Source: Theionarchaea archaeon (GTDB lineage: Archaea; Methanobacteriota_B; Thermococci; Methanofastidiosales; SZ-28-30). Taken from it: a DNA stretch of 38,237 nt. This document shows, piece after piece, positions 17,304 through 27,509 of the stretch; position 1 is the first letter of the stretch; each line of letters opens with the position of its first letter. Made by a program: the position numbers and the translations under genes. Location: the NCBI GenBank assembly GCA_018992685.1, contig JACVGT010000039.1, positions 1 to 38,237 of the forward strand, written 5' to 3'. The notes beneath the pieces were generated by a model. It was not told the DNA's origin. It saw only the letters and a program-made list of their open reading frames with translations, and did not search any database.

Positions 17304-19015
17304 AACAGCCCCTCCGGAGGATCAGCGATTGCCTGGATGATGTACCCTCCAGAATAGAGGGGAATCCAGGTGTATGTGATGGTGATACTCTCGTCTCTTG
17401 GTAATACTTCAATAAACACTCTGTGGACCACCTCGTCATCAATGAGGAGGATAACCCAGAAGTCCTCAGCATCGGCCTTTCCCTCATTTCTGACGGTCAC
17501 TGAGATTATGACCTCTTCCTTGATGTTGGGGCTCGCGGGATTCAGGGAAATATCTTCATTCAGTATGACGAGATCGGGCAATGCTTTGTGGGTTACAGCA
17601 AAGCTCCCATCAAAGAGCGCTTTGTAACACGTGCCTTCTCCTTCAACGATTATGACTCCACACACAGAGTACAATCCAGAAGAAGAGGGCGTATACTCAG
17701 CAGAATAGGTGCCGTCCTCATTATCCACCCAGGAGAGTGGGGTATAGGTGTCATCTGGGAGGTACAGGAGTGACGTAACCTCCCCACCTGAGAGGAGTTC
17801 TCCCTGTTCACTGAAAACTGTCAGCAGAAAGTCTACGGGCTCATCCAGGAAAGATTCTCCAATTTTAAGGATTGCAAAGGCGTTCTCGCAGTCCCTGACG
17901 TAAAAGGTTCCTCCTGCTTCCTCTAAGTAACACGAATCTGTGGAAATGTCTGCCGTAATGGAGTAGGACCCCTCATGTTCTGGCAGGTAAGACGCAGAAT
18001 AGATCCCTGGGGCACTGGAAGTCCACTCTAAATCTATAATCTCAGAGCCATCAGGTAAAGAGAGCACGCTGGCTATTTCCCCATCCAGCGGTTGGCCTCC
18101 CTCATCAGCAGCTGTAACGGTGACATGCACGCACTCTCCCAGGTCATACTCAGGAATGTCCTTGTCAAATTCCAAAGCCAGAGTGGCGTGATAGCACACA
18201 CCAAACGTGGTGGATGCCTGGACATCTTCATAGAATCGTTTCTTCACATAGACATGTGCTGTATATTGGCCTTCCTTTGGATCAGCCTGGACGCCCTGGT
18301 CATTGGTGAAATCCCACATGTAATAGTGACATTCCATTGCAGGGTTCCAGGACCAGTCTTCTGGCGTAATTGTTTTCTTTGTGGAATCGGGTAGCGCAAT
18401 ATCTCCTTTGATGCTGTCAGCCTGGATGTAGTCTCCTGTCTCTTCATCTGTTACCTGCAGGACTACCCGTGCAAAGGAGTCCCCACTTGAGTACTTTGGT
18501 TTGTTGGTCTTGAGATCAGCATGCATGTGGTGAGCACCTGTTCCATCATCGGGGAAGTACCACAAGGTGTTGTCTCCAACCAGGAAGGAGGGAGAAGTGA
18601 CCACATACTTTCCAGGTGGTATATAGGTGAGGGGTACATCTTCAATATTGAAATCAGGGTTCCAGGGCTGGACATACACCAGTTCTGCCGTATACAAAAT
18701 CGGAATGTTTTCAGTACAATTTTCAGGGCAATCATAATCGGGATAGGAACGGAAATTAAGGACACCCCCGATCTGCTGCTCATTGCTGATCCCAAATACC
18801 CAGAGAGGACGTCCAAAGACATAGACTGAAGGTACCCATTCCTCATAACGGCACATGTATCCTGAGGGGCACTCCTCACATTCATGGACGTGCCAGTGCT
18901 CTGGCATGGAGATGTGCCACTCCCTGGGTGTACCATAGGGAAGGGATTCAACATTATGGGAAGATGCAAGAGCAGCAATCAATATGAGAAACAGGAAGAT
19001 ATATCCTTTTTTCAT
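17300..19015 (-). CDS. Secreted multi-Ig-like protein ending in a C-terminally incomplete CARDB domain
   Basis: Likely start MKKGYIFLFLILIAALAS at 19015. Repeated Ig-like modules (LPDG..., G.YSA.Y.P...G.YS); LPDLVI..DISLNPASP...ISVTVRNEGKADA...ITYTW...GGYIIQAIADP. Stop overlaps the next start (ATGA). Confidence 0.8.
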   Translation of the reverse strand: MKKGYIFLFLILIAALASSHNVESLPYGTPREWHISMPEHWHVHECEECPSGYMCRYEEWVPSVYVFGRPLWVFGISNEQQIGGVLNFRSYPDYDCPENCTENIPILYTAELVYVQPWNPDFNIEDVPLTYIPPGKYVVTSPSFLVGDNTLWYFPDDGTGAHHMHADLKTNKPKYSSGDSFARVVLQVTDEETGDYIQADSIKGDIALPDSTKKTITPEDWSWNPAMECHYYMWDFTNDQGVQADPKEGQYTAHVYVKKRFYEDVQASTTFGVCYHATLALEFDKDIPEYDLGECVHVTVTAADEGGQPLDGEIASVLSLPDGSEIIDLEWTSSAPGIYSASYLPEHEGSYSITADISTDSCYLEEAGGTFYVRDCENAFAILKIGESFLDEPVDFLLTVFSEQGELLSGGEVTSLLYLPDDTYTPLSWVDNEDGTYSAEYTPSSSGLYSVCGVIIVEGEGTCYKALFDGSFAVTHKALPDLVILNEDISLNPASPNIKEEVIISVTVRNEGKADAEDFWVILLIDDEVVHRVFIEVLPRDESITITYTWIPLYSGGYIIQAIADPPEGLL

Positions 19016-19116
19016 CTTTTCATCTCCCAGCCTCCTGTAAAGGTAGTATGATCCACAAAAAAATCGGAAAAAGCGCATTTCAATATCTTGATTTTATCCA
19101 CCACGTAGATGTCCAT
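19012..19116 (-). CDS. Small upstream ORF, 34 aa (MDIYVVDKIKILKCAFSDFFVDHTTFTGGWEMKR)
   Basis: GGAGAGGTGG SD at 19130-19121, TTTATATG box at 19156-19149, and an ATGA stop/start overlap with the downstream gene. Confidence 0.4.
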   Translation of the reverse strand: MDIYVVDKIKILKCAFSDFFVDHTTFTGGWEMKR

Positions 19117-19253
19117 TGTTCCACCTCTCCCCTGAGGATTACCTGATCCATATAAATGTATCGGGTTAGAAATGAATTATCCACCGTAAAGAACAGTGAG
19201 ACAGGTTCCTTTTCCACTGCAACAGAGCATGACCCCCTGGCTGAAAGTGATTA

Positions 19254-22200
19254 ATTTCAATCCTAACATAGTCTGATTTCAACACTGTCGAAAATAATGA
19301 CAATCCAGAAGATTTCGAACTTTCAATCCTAACATAGTCTGATTTCAACTGATGTAGGCTGTTGCGAAATGGTTACTGAAACTTATCTTTCAATCCTAAC
19401 ATAGTCTGATTTCAACAGCTCCCTTATCGTATGTCATGTCATCACCAGACAACTTTCAATCCTAACATAGTCTGATTTCAACATTCACACTGCAACAGAT
19501 ACACGATGAGATTCAGAGCTTTCAATCCTAACATAGTCTGATTTCAACAATTAGGAAATGTATTAAATAATGCGCAGGATGAACTCTTTCAATCCTAACA
19601 TAGTCTGATTTCAACCTGACTGCCATTGATATGGGAGACCAGCGAGCACCTTTCAATCCTAACATAGTCTGATTTCAACAATACCATTTGAGGTGGGTTA
19701 AATGGCATCAGTTAACTTTCAATCCTAACATAGTCTGATTTCAACCCCCCTGGCGGTTTATCTTGGATTTTCTTCACTTTTCCTTTCAATCCTAACATAG
19801 TCTGATTTCAACAAAAAAGAAGGATATGATGGCGAACGGTGTGCAGACTTTCAATCCTAACATAGTCTGATTTCAACACACAAAACTATGTCCCAGATGC
19901 CCTAATTTCATCTGCCTTTCAATCCTAACATAGTCTGATTTCAACTTTCAACGTCACCCTCTGCAAAAATGTAGTCCTGCCTTTCAATCCTAACATAGTC
20001 TGATTTCAACACTTGATGGAACAAAGCACAAAGCAATCAATCGCAGACTTTCAATCCTAACATAGTCTGATTTCAACTGTTCAGTTTCATCGATATATCA
20101 AAGAAGATAGAAGCTTTCAATCCTAACATAGTCTGATTTCAACCACGCTTCAACAGGTAATAAACGACACTGAATCTTCCTTTCAATCCTAACATAGTCT
20201 GATTTCAACTGTCTGACAGTCATGGTTGTTGCATTCTTCGTTATGCTTTCAATCCTAACATAGTCTGATTTCAACAATTTCTTGAATTTCTCAATCCTGG
20301 TAACTATGATTCTTTCAATCCTAACATAGTCTGATTTCAACGATCTACGGTTTGACGTCCTGATGAACGCCTATTTCCCTTTCAATCCTAACATAGTCTG
20401 ATTTCAACGATCTACGGTTTGACGTCCTGATGAACGCCTATTTCCCTTTCAATCCTAACATAGTCTGATTTCAACGATGGATAACGCAATGCAACTAGAT
20501 AGACAAAACGGACCATCTGCTTTCAATCCTAACATAGTCTGATTTCAACCGGCGATGTACCACGATGGCGATATTTACAATCCAACTTTCAATCCTAACA
20601 TAGTCTGATTTCAACTCTATTATACACATGACACTAGATTTTGTAGCAGACTTTCAATCCTAACATAGTCTGATTTCAACTCTGTACAGTTTTTGATATA
20701 CTATTTATAAACTTTGCTTTCAATCCTAACATAGTCTGATTTCAACTTCTCCACAGGTACAATAACACGAAACAAAGAAGACCTTTCAATCCTAACATAG
20801 TCTGATTTCAACGGAGGAGTGAGAACATGACCATAAAGGAGATATACGCTTTCAATCCTAACATAGTCTGATTTCAACCTTTGAAGTAGCCTTGAATATT
20901 GCTCTTGAAGACCCTTTCAATCCTAACATAGTCTGATTTCAACAGGGAAAAAAGGTGATCTTCCCGGTAAATGAACCAACTTTCAATCCTAACATAGTCT
21001 GATTTCAACCTTGAAGCTCCTGCAGTCCCGTTCTTGCTGTTTCTTCTTTCAATCCTAACATAGTCTGATTTCAACTCGAAAAAGCGCGTCAGAAACAGAA
21101 AGGTTATAGACTTTCAATCCTAACATAGTCTGATTTCAACGTCGAATACCATTTTAAATCTATGTTACAGATTTGCTTTCAATCCTAACATAGTCTGATT
21201 TCAACTTTCCACGTTTTGGCTTCTAATTTTGCTGTGAACATCTTTCAATCCTAACATAGTCTGATTTCAACGATATACAGTCTCAGAAGATGATTTATGC
21301 CAGATTTCTTTCAATCCTAACATAGTCTGATTTCAACTCTGTACAACACCTTCTTTATCCTTGAAAACGAGACCCTTTCAATCCTAACATAGTCTGATTT
21401 CAACCCTTGCTGATAACGATAATTTGTCTTCCCATCCAATCTTTCAATCCTAACATAGTCTGATTTCAACGTATTTCAGAGATTAAAGAAGAACTGCAGG
21501 AGATTACTTTCAATCCTAACATAGTCTGATTTCAACTAATACATCTTTAAATCCTGTAAATCTTTCTTCTTTCTTTCAATCCTAACATAGTCTGATTTCA
21601 ACCTAATGTGGGAATCCAGAAGAGTGACCACAGCACCCTTTCAATCCTAACATAGTCTGATTTCAACTTATTCTTTTTTTGGTGGGAATGGGAATATTTA
21701 TATCTTTCAATCCTAACATAGTCTGATTTCAACTGTAACCTGTTCTGCTTGTGCGCTCTTTCTGAGCACTTTCAATCCTAACATAGTCTGATTTCAACAC
21801 TTTATCACCTCCTATTCCAGTCTTATGAATCCACTTTCAATCCTAACATAGTCTGATTTCAACCAGTTCATGAAACAATTCGGCCCAGTGCGTGACCCTT
21901 TCAATCCTAACATAGTCTGATTTCAACTCGGGGGGCACGGCTGGACTGGGCGAACCTGACAGCTTTCAATCCTAACATAGTCTGATTTCAACATATCCTC
22001 CCATCCCGCATAAGCGAGCATATCATCGCTTTCAATCCTAACATAGTCTGATTTCAACCTCGCATTAGATCTACTTCCCCTCCTCTCTTACACCTTTCAA
22101 TCCTAACATAGTCTGATTTCAACATCAGCTTGTCAAAACTGAGAATGAACAGCTTGTAGCCTTTCAATCCTAACATAGTCTGATTTCAACAATTGGTCTC

Positions 22201-22980
22201 ATGTCTTTCATTGGATCCTCTCCTTCCTTTCAATCCTAACATAGTCTGATTTCAACAGTACCCGGATGTTTCATGTGACGTATTTCGTGGTACTTTCAAT
22301 CCTAACATAGTCTGATTTCAACTTCGATTCCTCCTGAATGGGTGATAATCTTTGACGACTTTCAATCCTAACATAGTCTGATTTCAACCTTTTCCTTTCT
22401 TTTCCTGGTCGTGTAGTATTCTGACTTTCAATCCTAACATAGTCTGATTTCAACATGCTAGAGGTATAGAATGTCTGTAACTACTGCTGCTTTCAATCCT
22501 AACATAGTCTGATTTCAACAATTACAAGAAATTAAACAAAATCAAAAGGTTCTAACTTTCAATCCTAACATAGTCTGATTTCAACACGGTGTCTTTTTGT
22601 CAGCGTAGAAATCCCAGATTTCTTTCAATCCTAACATAGTCTGATTTCAACATTACTCATTCATTTCATCCCCAGATGCTTAGCCTTTCTTTCAATCCTA
22701 ACATAGTCTGATTTCAACGTAGATGTAAGAGTCACAGGCGAATATAAGATCTTCTTTCAATCCTAACATAGTCTGATTTCAACAAAATCATTGAAGACTT
22801 GAGAAATTACGGTATTCTCCTTTCAATCCTAACATAGTCTGATTTCAACAATTCTACACGATGCCAATACCTGTGTTTTACGTAACTTTCAATCCTAACA
22901 TAGTCTGATTTCAACAATCACAATGGGGGTGGCATGGATGCGGCCGGAATCTTTCAATCCTAACATAGTCTGATTTCAAC
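19254..22980 (-). CRISPR. CRISPR array 1: 57 repeats, 56 spacers; repeat GTTGAAATCAGACTATGTTAGGATTGAAAG
   Basis: 30-bp repeat with ~34-44 nt spacers, counted by hand. The ATTGAAAG 3' end and the leader on the right give the minus orientation. Confidence 0.98.
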
Positions 22981-23107
22981 AGGGTGCCTTTTTCCCTCTA
23001 TTTCCCTGATACTATATAAAACTATCGTCCGTTCAGCACCCCTCGTCGTGGATCTCCGGTTCTGCACTTCCTTTATAAAGAACCACGACTTTTCGTGAAA
23101 ATCACAA
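22981..23107 (-). promoter_or_regulatory. CRISPR leader 1
   Basis: TTTTATATA box at 23021-23013 and a GTCGTGG/CCACGAC inverted repeat. 126/127 identical to 33773..33899. Confidence 0.9.
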
Positions 23108-23365
23108 AATATTAGTAGGCTCAACCTTGGGTTCTCCAATGAACCTCCGATTTACCAGCGCCTCATCTCTCACCGTGTAGATAATAACCGAATCTTCTTT
23201 CTTCTCAATAATCTCTTCAACTCCGAGTTCGATCTCTTTCAACCGTGCCTTTGTCACTTCACCCTCCAGTACTGAATTCTGCATCCAATTCAAGTACTGT
23301 TTTAGAAAGATACGCACCTTGTCTACTCTCTCCACACTCACATCATACACGACAATGACATACAC
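23102..23365 (-). CDS. cas2: CRISPR-associated endonuclease Cas2
   Basis: YVIVVYDV...LKQYLNWMQNSVLEG...DSVIIY. GTG start at 23365 overlaps the cas1 stop (alternative start 23374). Confidence 0.95.
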   Translation of the reverse strand: MYVIVVYDVSVERVDKVRIFLKQYLNWMQNSVLEGEVTKARLKEIELGVEEIIEKKEDSVIIYTVRDEALVNRRFIGEPKVEPTNIL

Positions 23366-24339
23366 TACCACCACATCCTGAATGCCTTGTACGTCTGCAC
23401 GCCCAGAAAATGCTTTATCAACTTATAACACTCCAGTCGAATCAGCCTCTGATAAGAAACGTTCCGCCCCAGACTCCTGTGCTTCACGGTAGTTTTCAGT
23501 CTCTGGTCAAAATGACTCAAGAACACTTTCTTCCCTTCCTCATTCAGTAAACAGTTGTTCACGTCTTTGCGGAAATGGTCCTCTGTAATAATGCCCTTGT
23601 TCAAGACCTTGAAAATCACTCTGTCCCCGAGAAAAGGCTTGAAGACTTCACTCAAGTCCAGGCTTAGCGAGAACCGTCTTTCAAAGGGTTCGTGCAGGAA
23701 GCTCACACTGGGGTGCAATTGAGTATTATAGATCTCTGACAACGTTGCAGAGTACACCAGTGCGTTGCTAAAACTGATAAGACAGTTCACCATATTCTCT
23801 GGAGGTTGTCGTGTCCTCTTCTCAAACCGGAAATTCTCAGGCAATATCCTGTCAAAACACTGGTAGTACAGTCCCCTGATATTCCCTTCAATACTCATCA
23901 ACTGGGGAATACTCCCGGCATCAGGCACTTTTTCTGACCAGTCTTCAACCTGCCCAACTGTGTCTTCCAGATCGTAGTACCTCAGATTCCTTACAATGTT
24001 GTCAAACCCTCCCGAGAGTAGTTCCTTTGCCAGGTCTAGTCTTTTCTCACTGTCGAGATAGTGGGCTGCCTGCCTTACCACGATGTCTCCTGAAACCAGA
24101 GATTCTCGTGGATAGAACGACCCCTCAAAGAACCCATAGTGGTTGAAAAAGTGGATGCACACCCCATTCTTTGCCAGGTACGACAAGACACCAGAAGTCA
24201 CAGAAACTCTTCCATATACAAAAATCGTGTGAATTTTGTGTATGGGAAGCAGGAATTTCCTTTCCCTGCTCACAAAGTATACCGTGTTCTCTTTCCTCAT
24301 CAATTTCCCATCCTTTACCAAGTAAAAATTTACTTTCAT
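23365..24339 (-). CDS. cas1: Type I-B Cas1
   Basis: GKLMRKENT, HFFNHYG, LMSIEG, PPENMVNCLISFSN, SFLHEP, SLSLDLSEVFKP, ECYKLIKH, and an F..WW end. ATG 24339 overlaps the cas4 stop. Confidence 0.97.
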   Translation of the reverse strand: MKVNFYLVKDGKLMRKENTVYFVSRERKFLLPIHKIHTIFVYGRVSVTSGVLSYLAKNGVCIHFFNHYGFFEGSFYPRESLVSGDIVVRQAAHYLDSEKRLDLAKELLSGGFDNIVRNLRYYDLEDTVGQVEDWSEKVPDAGSIPQLMSIEGNIRGLYYQCFDRILPENFRFEKRTRQPPENMVNCLISFSNALVYSATLSEIYNTQLHPSVSFLHEPFERRFSLSLDLSEVFKPFLGDRVIFKVLNKGIITEDHFRKDVNNCLLNEEGKKVFLSHFDQRLKTTVKHRSLGRNVSYQRLIRLECYKLIKHFLGVQTYKAFRMWW

Positions 24340-24842
24340 CACATCACCCAGCACAATTCATAGTAACTGCATTTCTTGCAGTAAGGTTTTTTCTCAGGGG
24401 ACGGGGGAGTTCCTGCAGAGACAACCTGTACAATATCTTTGAGAATACCTTCAATCTCTTCTTCCTGAGAGCTTTCCAAAACGATTTTCTCTCTCTTTCG
24501 AAGAAGGGGATAGTTTATTACCCCTGTGGCTACTATCCCTTTCTGTTTCAGGTAGTACAGGTAGTACAGCAATTGGTAGATGTGTGATTTTTCCATTTTT
24601 CTGGAACGTTTTACTTCGTGGAGAACTACCCCTTTCCCCTCTTCTATGAAATCAACATTTATTGGTCCAATTCTCATTTCCTTTTCCCTCTTGTAACTGG
24701 TCTGATGCAGCAGCTTCCCCATGAACACTGCATCACTGGTATGTTCCATTGCAGAGTAGTGAGAGAATAACCACAACTTGCTCTTACAAATGAAGTAGTA
24801 GTTCACCTGCACCCCCGTTATTGTAGATTCCTTGGTAAGCAT
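24339..24842 (-). CDS. cas4: Cas4 exonuclease
   Basis: ITGVQVNYYFICKSKLWLF, EVKRS, QLLYYLY, CKKCSYYELC (Fe-S cysteines). Start chosen at MLTKES with an AGAGGA SD. Confidence 0.95.
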   Translation of the reverse strand: MLTKESTITGVQVNYYFICKSKLWLFSHYSAMEHTSDAVFMGKLLHQTSYKREKEMRIGPINVDFIEEGKGVVLHEVKRSRKMEKSHIYQLLYYLYYLKQKGIVATGVINYPLLRKREKIVLESSQEEEIEGILKDIVQVVSAGTPPSPEKKPYCKKCSYYELCWVM

Positions 24843-24923
24843 TAGTTCCTCTTTGTAGCAATGATATAAATACATTTCCTTTGGAGAGACAAATACTTAA
24901 AATCAGAGTGGGGAGAGCAAAAC

Positions 24924-27497
24924 TCAAAGAACATTTTCCAATAACCCGATTCTCTCATTTTCTTCCTCCAGAATCGAGCTGTCAAATCCATATTCCTCAT
25001 GATAGGGAAGCTTGCAGATCCAGTAGATTCTTGTCTTCCACTTAAATTGTCGTTCCACAGGTTCAAACCATTGAAGTTCATCACCATGCATCTTCATGTC
25101 CAACTGTATCCACCAATAGGGAATCTTGACTTGATTTTCAGTTCTGAGTTTCCCTTCATTATCCTCGTAGCGTACTTCCGGGACAACATCAAACTTCCTA
25201 TAAGCTCCTGTTCTGATTACAAAGTGATTTCCTACCTCTTCAGAAAATGTAATATCACCAGGCTTCAGGCCGAAGAGAAAACACTTCTTAAAGAGGCTCG
25301 GCTTTCCTTCAAATTCCAAGAAGCCATAAGCGCCCTCGAATTTCCCTCTTTTTTCGAATTCCTCAAGATAGTCATCTCCATAAACACTGTCACACACGTC
25401 CTTCAGGGAGCCATAGGAATGAACACCCTCATGGAGACTGTCCCTGGTTCTCTCGACTATGCTCTCCTCATAGGGGAGGACGTGCTCTGGTGGATACACT
25501 TTCATTAGAAATTCATGGCCATCCGTCTTCCAGTGTGTGCCATTTCTGTTTAACCTTCCTGCCCTCTGACCCAGAGCATCTGATGGAGCCACCTCAGTAT
25601 ACATGACGTCACAGGAAATATCAAGAGAAATTTCTATAACCTGTGTTGAGACAACAACCACAGGTCTTTTCCCTTTCTTTAATCCTTCTATGAGTTCTTT
25701 CTCTTTCTTTGTTCTGTCTGAGTAGGTGAATTGTGAATGAATGAGACATAGAGAGCCTTTGTCAATCTCACTTTTGATCGCGTCATAGAACTGCTGAGCT
25801 CTCCTTACTGTGTTTAGAATGATGAATTGGTTGAGATTTTGCAGATAGTTACTTCTTACTTCCTCTACGACCTCCTGGGCAACTGTTCCTTTCTCTACAA
25901 GATGATAGTCCAAGAACTTCATCTTGAACGGTGTAAATGACAGTCCTTCATCATCCTGCACCTCCTTGTATGTTATCCCTTCTTCTATTGAGTCTCTTGC
26001 CAACCTTGTTGTCATGAATGCTGGCAGAGTTCCACTCATCAAGAGATGGGGAATTCTCATTTTCCGAAGGATGGTGAAAAGATCGACGAGGTGTCTCAGC
26101 GTCTGTGCCTCATAGTAATGGATTTCATCAAAGACCATAACAGCATTCTGCAGATTTCCGCAGGCAAAATCAGCCTGTGGAAATCCATGAACAAAGGAAA
26201 GGATGAGATGATCTATTGTGGTAACTGTCACAGGCTTATAGAAAACCTTACCTTTGAATTCTTCACTCTTCACTTCTTCCACTTCTTCCTCATCCAGTTC
26301 AGATTCATTGCCCTTTTCTCTTCGAAGTTCTTCTTTCAACTTGATAGAAGACTTGCCATGGTAGAGTCCCACGAGCTCTTTTCCATGAAATCCTGCCTTG
26401 TTGAGGGTCTTCACAAACCGGTCCAAGATAGCATTACTGGTGGTTTGGGTGGGCATGGCGAAAACGATCTTGTTCTTGTTGAACCTCCTGCAGATGTCCA
26501 ATGCCCAAATAAGGGCAGCTTCAGTTTTTCCTCTGCCGCATGGAGCAAACAAGAAGGAATAGGGAGATGCTTCTCCACGTATTCTGGATTGGAAACCGTA
26601 TGGTACATTATTCCCCAAGATATCTGCTGCAGAAAGGGTGGGAAGAGTCAAAACATAATCATCAGGACTCTCTAAGAGAGGACCGAGCACTTTCTGACTC
26701 GGCAGTCCGGCACAAAAGTCAGAAAAATGTGCACTAGAATAGAAGTCGCAGAGTTTGGTAACGGAAAGAAAAAACGTGAAAAGCGATTTCATCCGTGTCA
26801 TTTCACTCAATTCTTCTATTGTTTGCACTTTACCTTTTACTGAGGATCTCCTGCTTAAAGGGAAGAGATAACTGTTGATCTTTCGACGTGCATTCTCTGA
26901 TTTCAAGACTTCTATGGACCGCACGGGTGCATTCAGGTCCCATGCAAACTCAAAAAATGGCTTGAATCCGAGCACATCATATGCTTTTGGGAAGTGATTC
27001 AAGTGGTCCACCATCTCTTCTTGAAGTGGATCAACTCTTCGTATTTCAGCATTCTGATACAAGGCATCATGTAGCTGTGAATGGTGGGAGAGTACTGTAA
27101 GGGGCTCAACAACAGGAAATCCCTCTATCGGATATACTGAAGGAATTCTGACCTTGAAGACTTCAAGTGCTAAGGGAAACCCAAAAAAAGCGTGAGGGTA
27201 CCTCTGAGATCTCTTATTTTGCCTGATTCTGTCCTGGAATTGCCTGGTAAGCTTTCCTACGTCGTGAAGATATATGGTCACAAAAAGATTCTTCATGAGA
27301 GTTGCGGGTTCTGTGCCACACCGCTTTGAGAAAGAGAGGACTGATTGATAGTTCTTTTCAAAATAACACTTCAGAATTCGCAGGCAATCGGTAGTATGTC
27401 CTTCGAGAGTCTGGAAGTAAGTCTTCTTTTCTCCTTGGAATTCCGTCTCACAACTTTTCGCCACTCCCTGCATAAGATTTAAATAGTCTCTGCCCAT
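24924..27497 (-). CDS. cas3: Cas3 HD nuclease-helicase
   Basis: HD domain (TLEGHT, LHDVGK, SHH, LCDFYSS) plus SF2 motifs APCGRGKT, DEIH, SGT and QRAGRLNR. Alternative start at 27473. Confidence 0.97.
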   Translation of the reverse strand: MGRDYLNLMQGVAKSCETEFQGEKKTYFQTLEGHTTDCLRILKCYFEKNYQSVLSFSKRCGTEPATLMKNLFVTIYLHDVGKLTRQFQDRIRQNKRSQRYPHAFFGFPLALEVFKVRIPSVYPIEGFPVVEPLTVLSHHSQLHDALYQNAEIRRVDPLQEEMVDHLNHFPKAYDVLGFKPFFEFAWDLNAPVRSIEVLKSENARRKINSYLFPLSRRSSVKGKVQTIEELSEMTRMKSLFTFFLSVTKLCDFYSSAHFSDFCAGLPSQKVLGPLLESPDDYVLTLPTLSAADILGNNVPYGFQSRIRGEASPYSFLFAPCGRGKTEAALIWALDICRRFNKNKIVFAMPTQTTSNAILDRFVKTLNKAGFHGKELVGLYHGKSSIKLKEELRREKGNESELDEEEVEEVKSEEFKGKVFYKPVTVTTIDHLILSFVHGFPQADFACGNLQNAVMVFDEIHYYEAQTLRHLVDLFTILRKMRIPHLLMSGTLPAFMTTRLARDSIEEGITYKEVQDDEGLSFTPFKMKFLDYHLVEKGTVAQEVVEEVRSNYLQNLNQFIILNTVRRAQQFYDAIKSEIDKGSLCLIHSQFTYSDRTKKEKELIEGLKKGKRPVVVVSTQVIEISLDISCDVMYTEVAPSDALGQRAGRLNRNGTHWKTDGHEFLMKVYPPEHVLPYEESIVERTRDSLHEGVHSYGSLKDVCDSVYGDDYLEEFEKRGKFEGAYGFLEFEGKPSLFKKCFLFGLKPGDITFSEEVGNHFVIRTGAYRKFDVVPEVRYEDNEGKLRTENQVKIPYWWIQLDMKMHGDELQWFEPVERQFKWKTRIYWICKLPYHEEYGFDSSILEEENERIGLLENVL

Positions 27498-27509
27498 AAG
27501 AACCTTTTG

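Noticed and set aside
19016-19078. Upstream start MRFFRFF for the carrier gene
   Set aside because: A typical signal peptide begins at 19015, and that ATG is coupled to the upstream small ORF.
21864-21877. 14-nt match (CAGTTCATGAAACA) between a spacer of array 1 and the HEPN-like gene at 28180-28193, over the putative catalytic His
   Set aside because: It lies at the PAM-distal 3' end of the crRNA, not in the seed. A rough estimate gives about 0.5 such 14-mer matches expected by chance between 78 spacers and this window.
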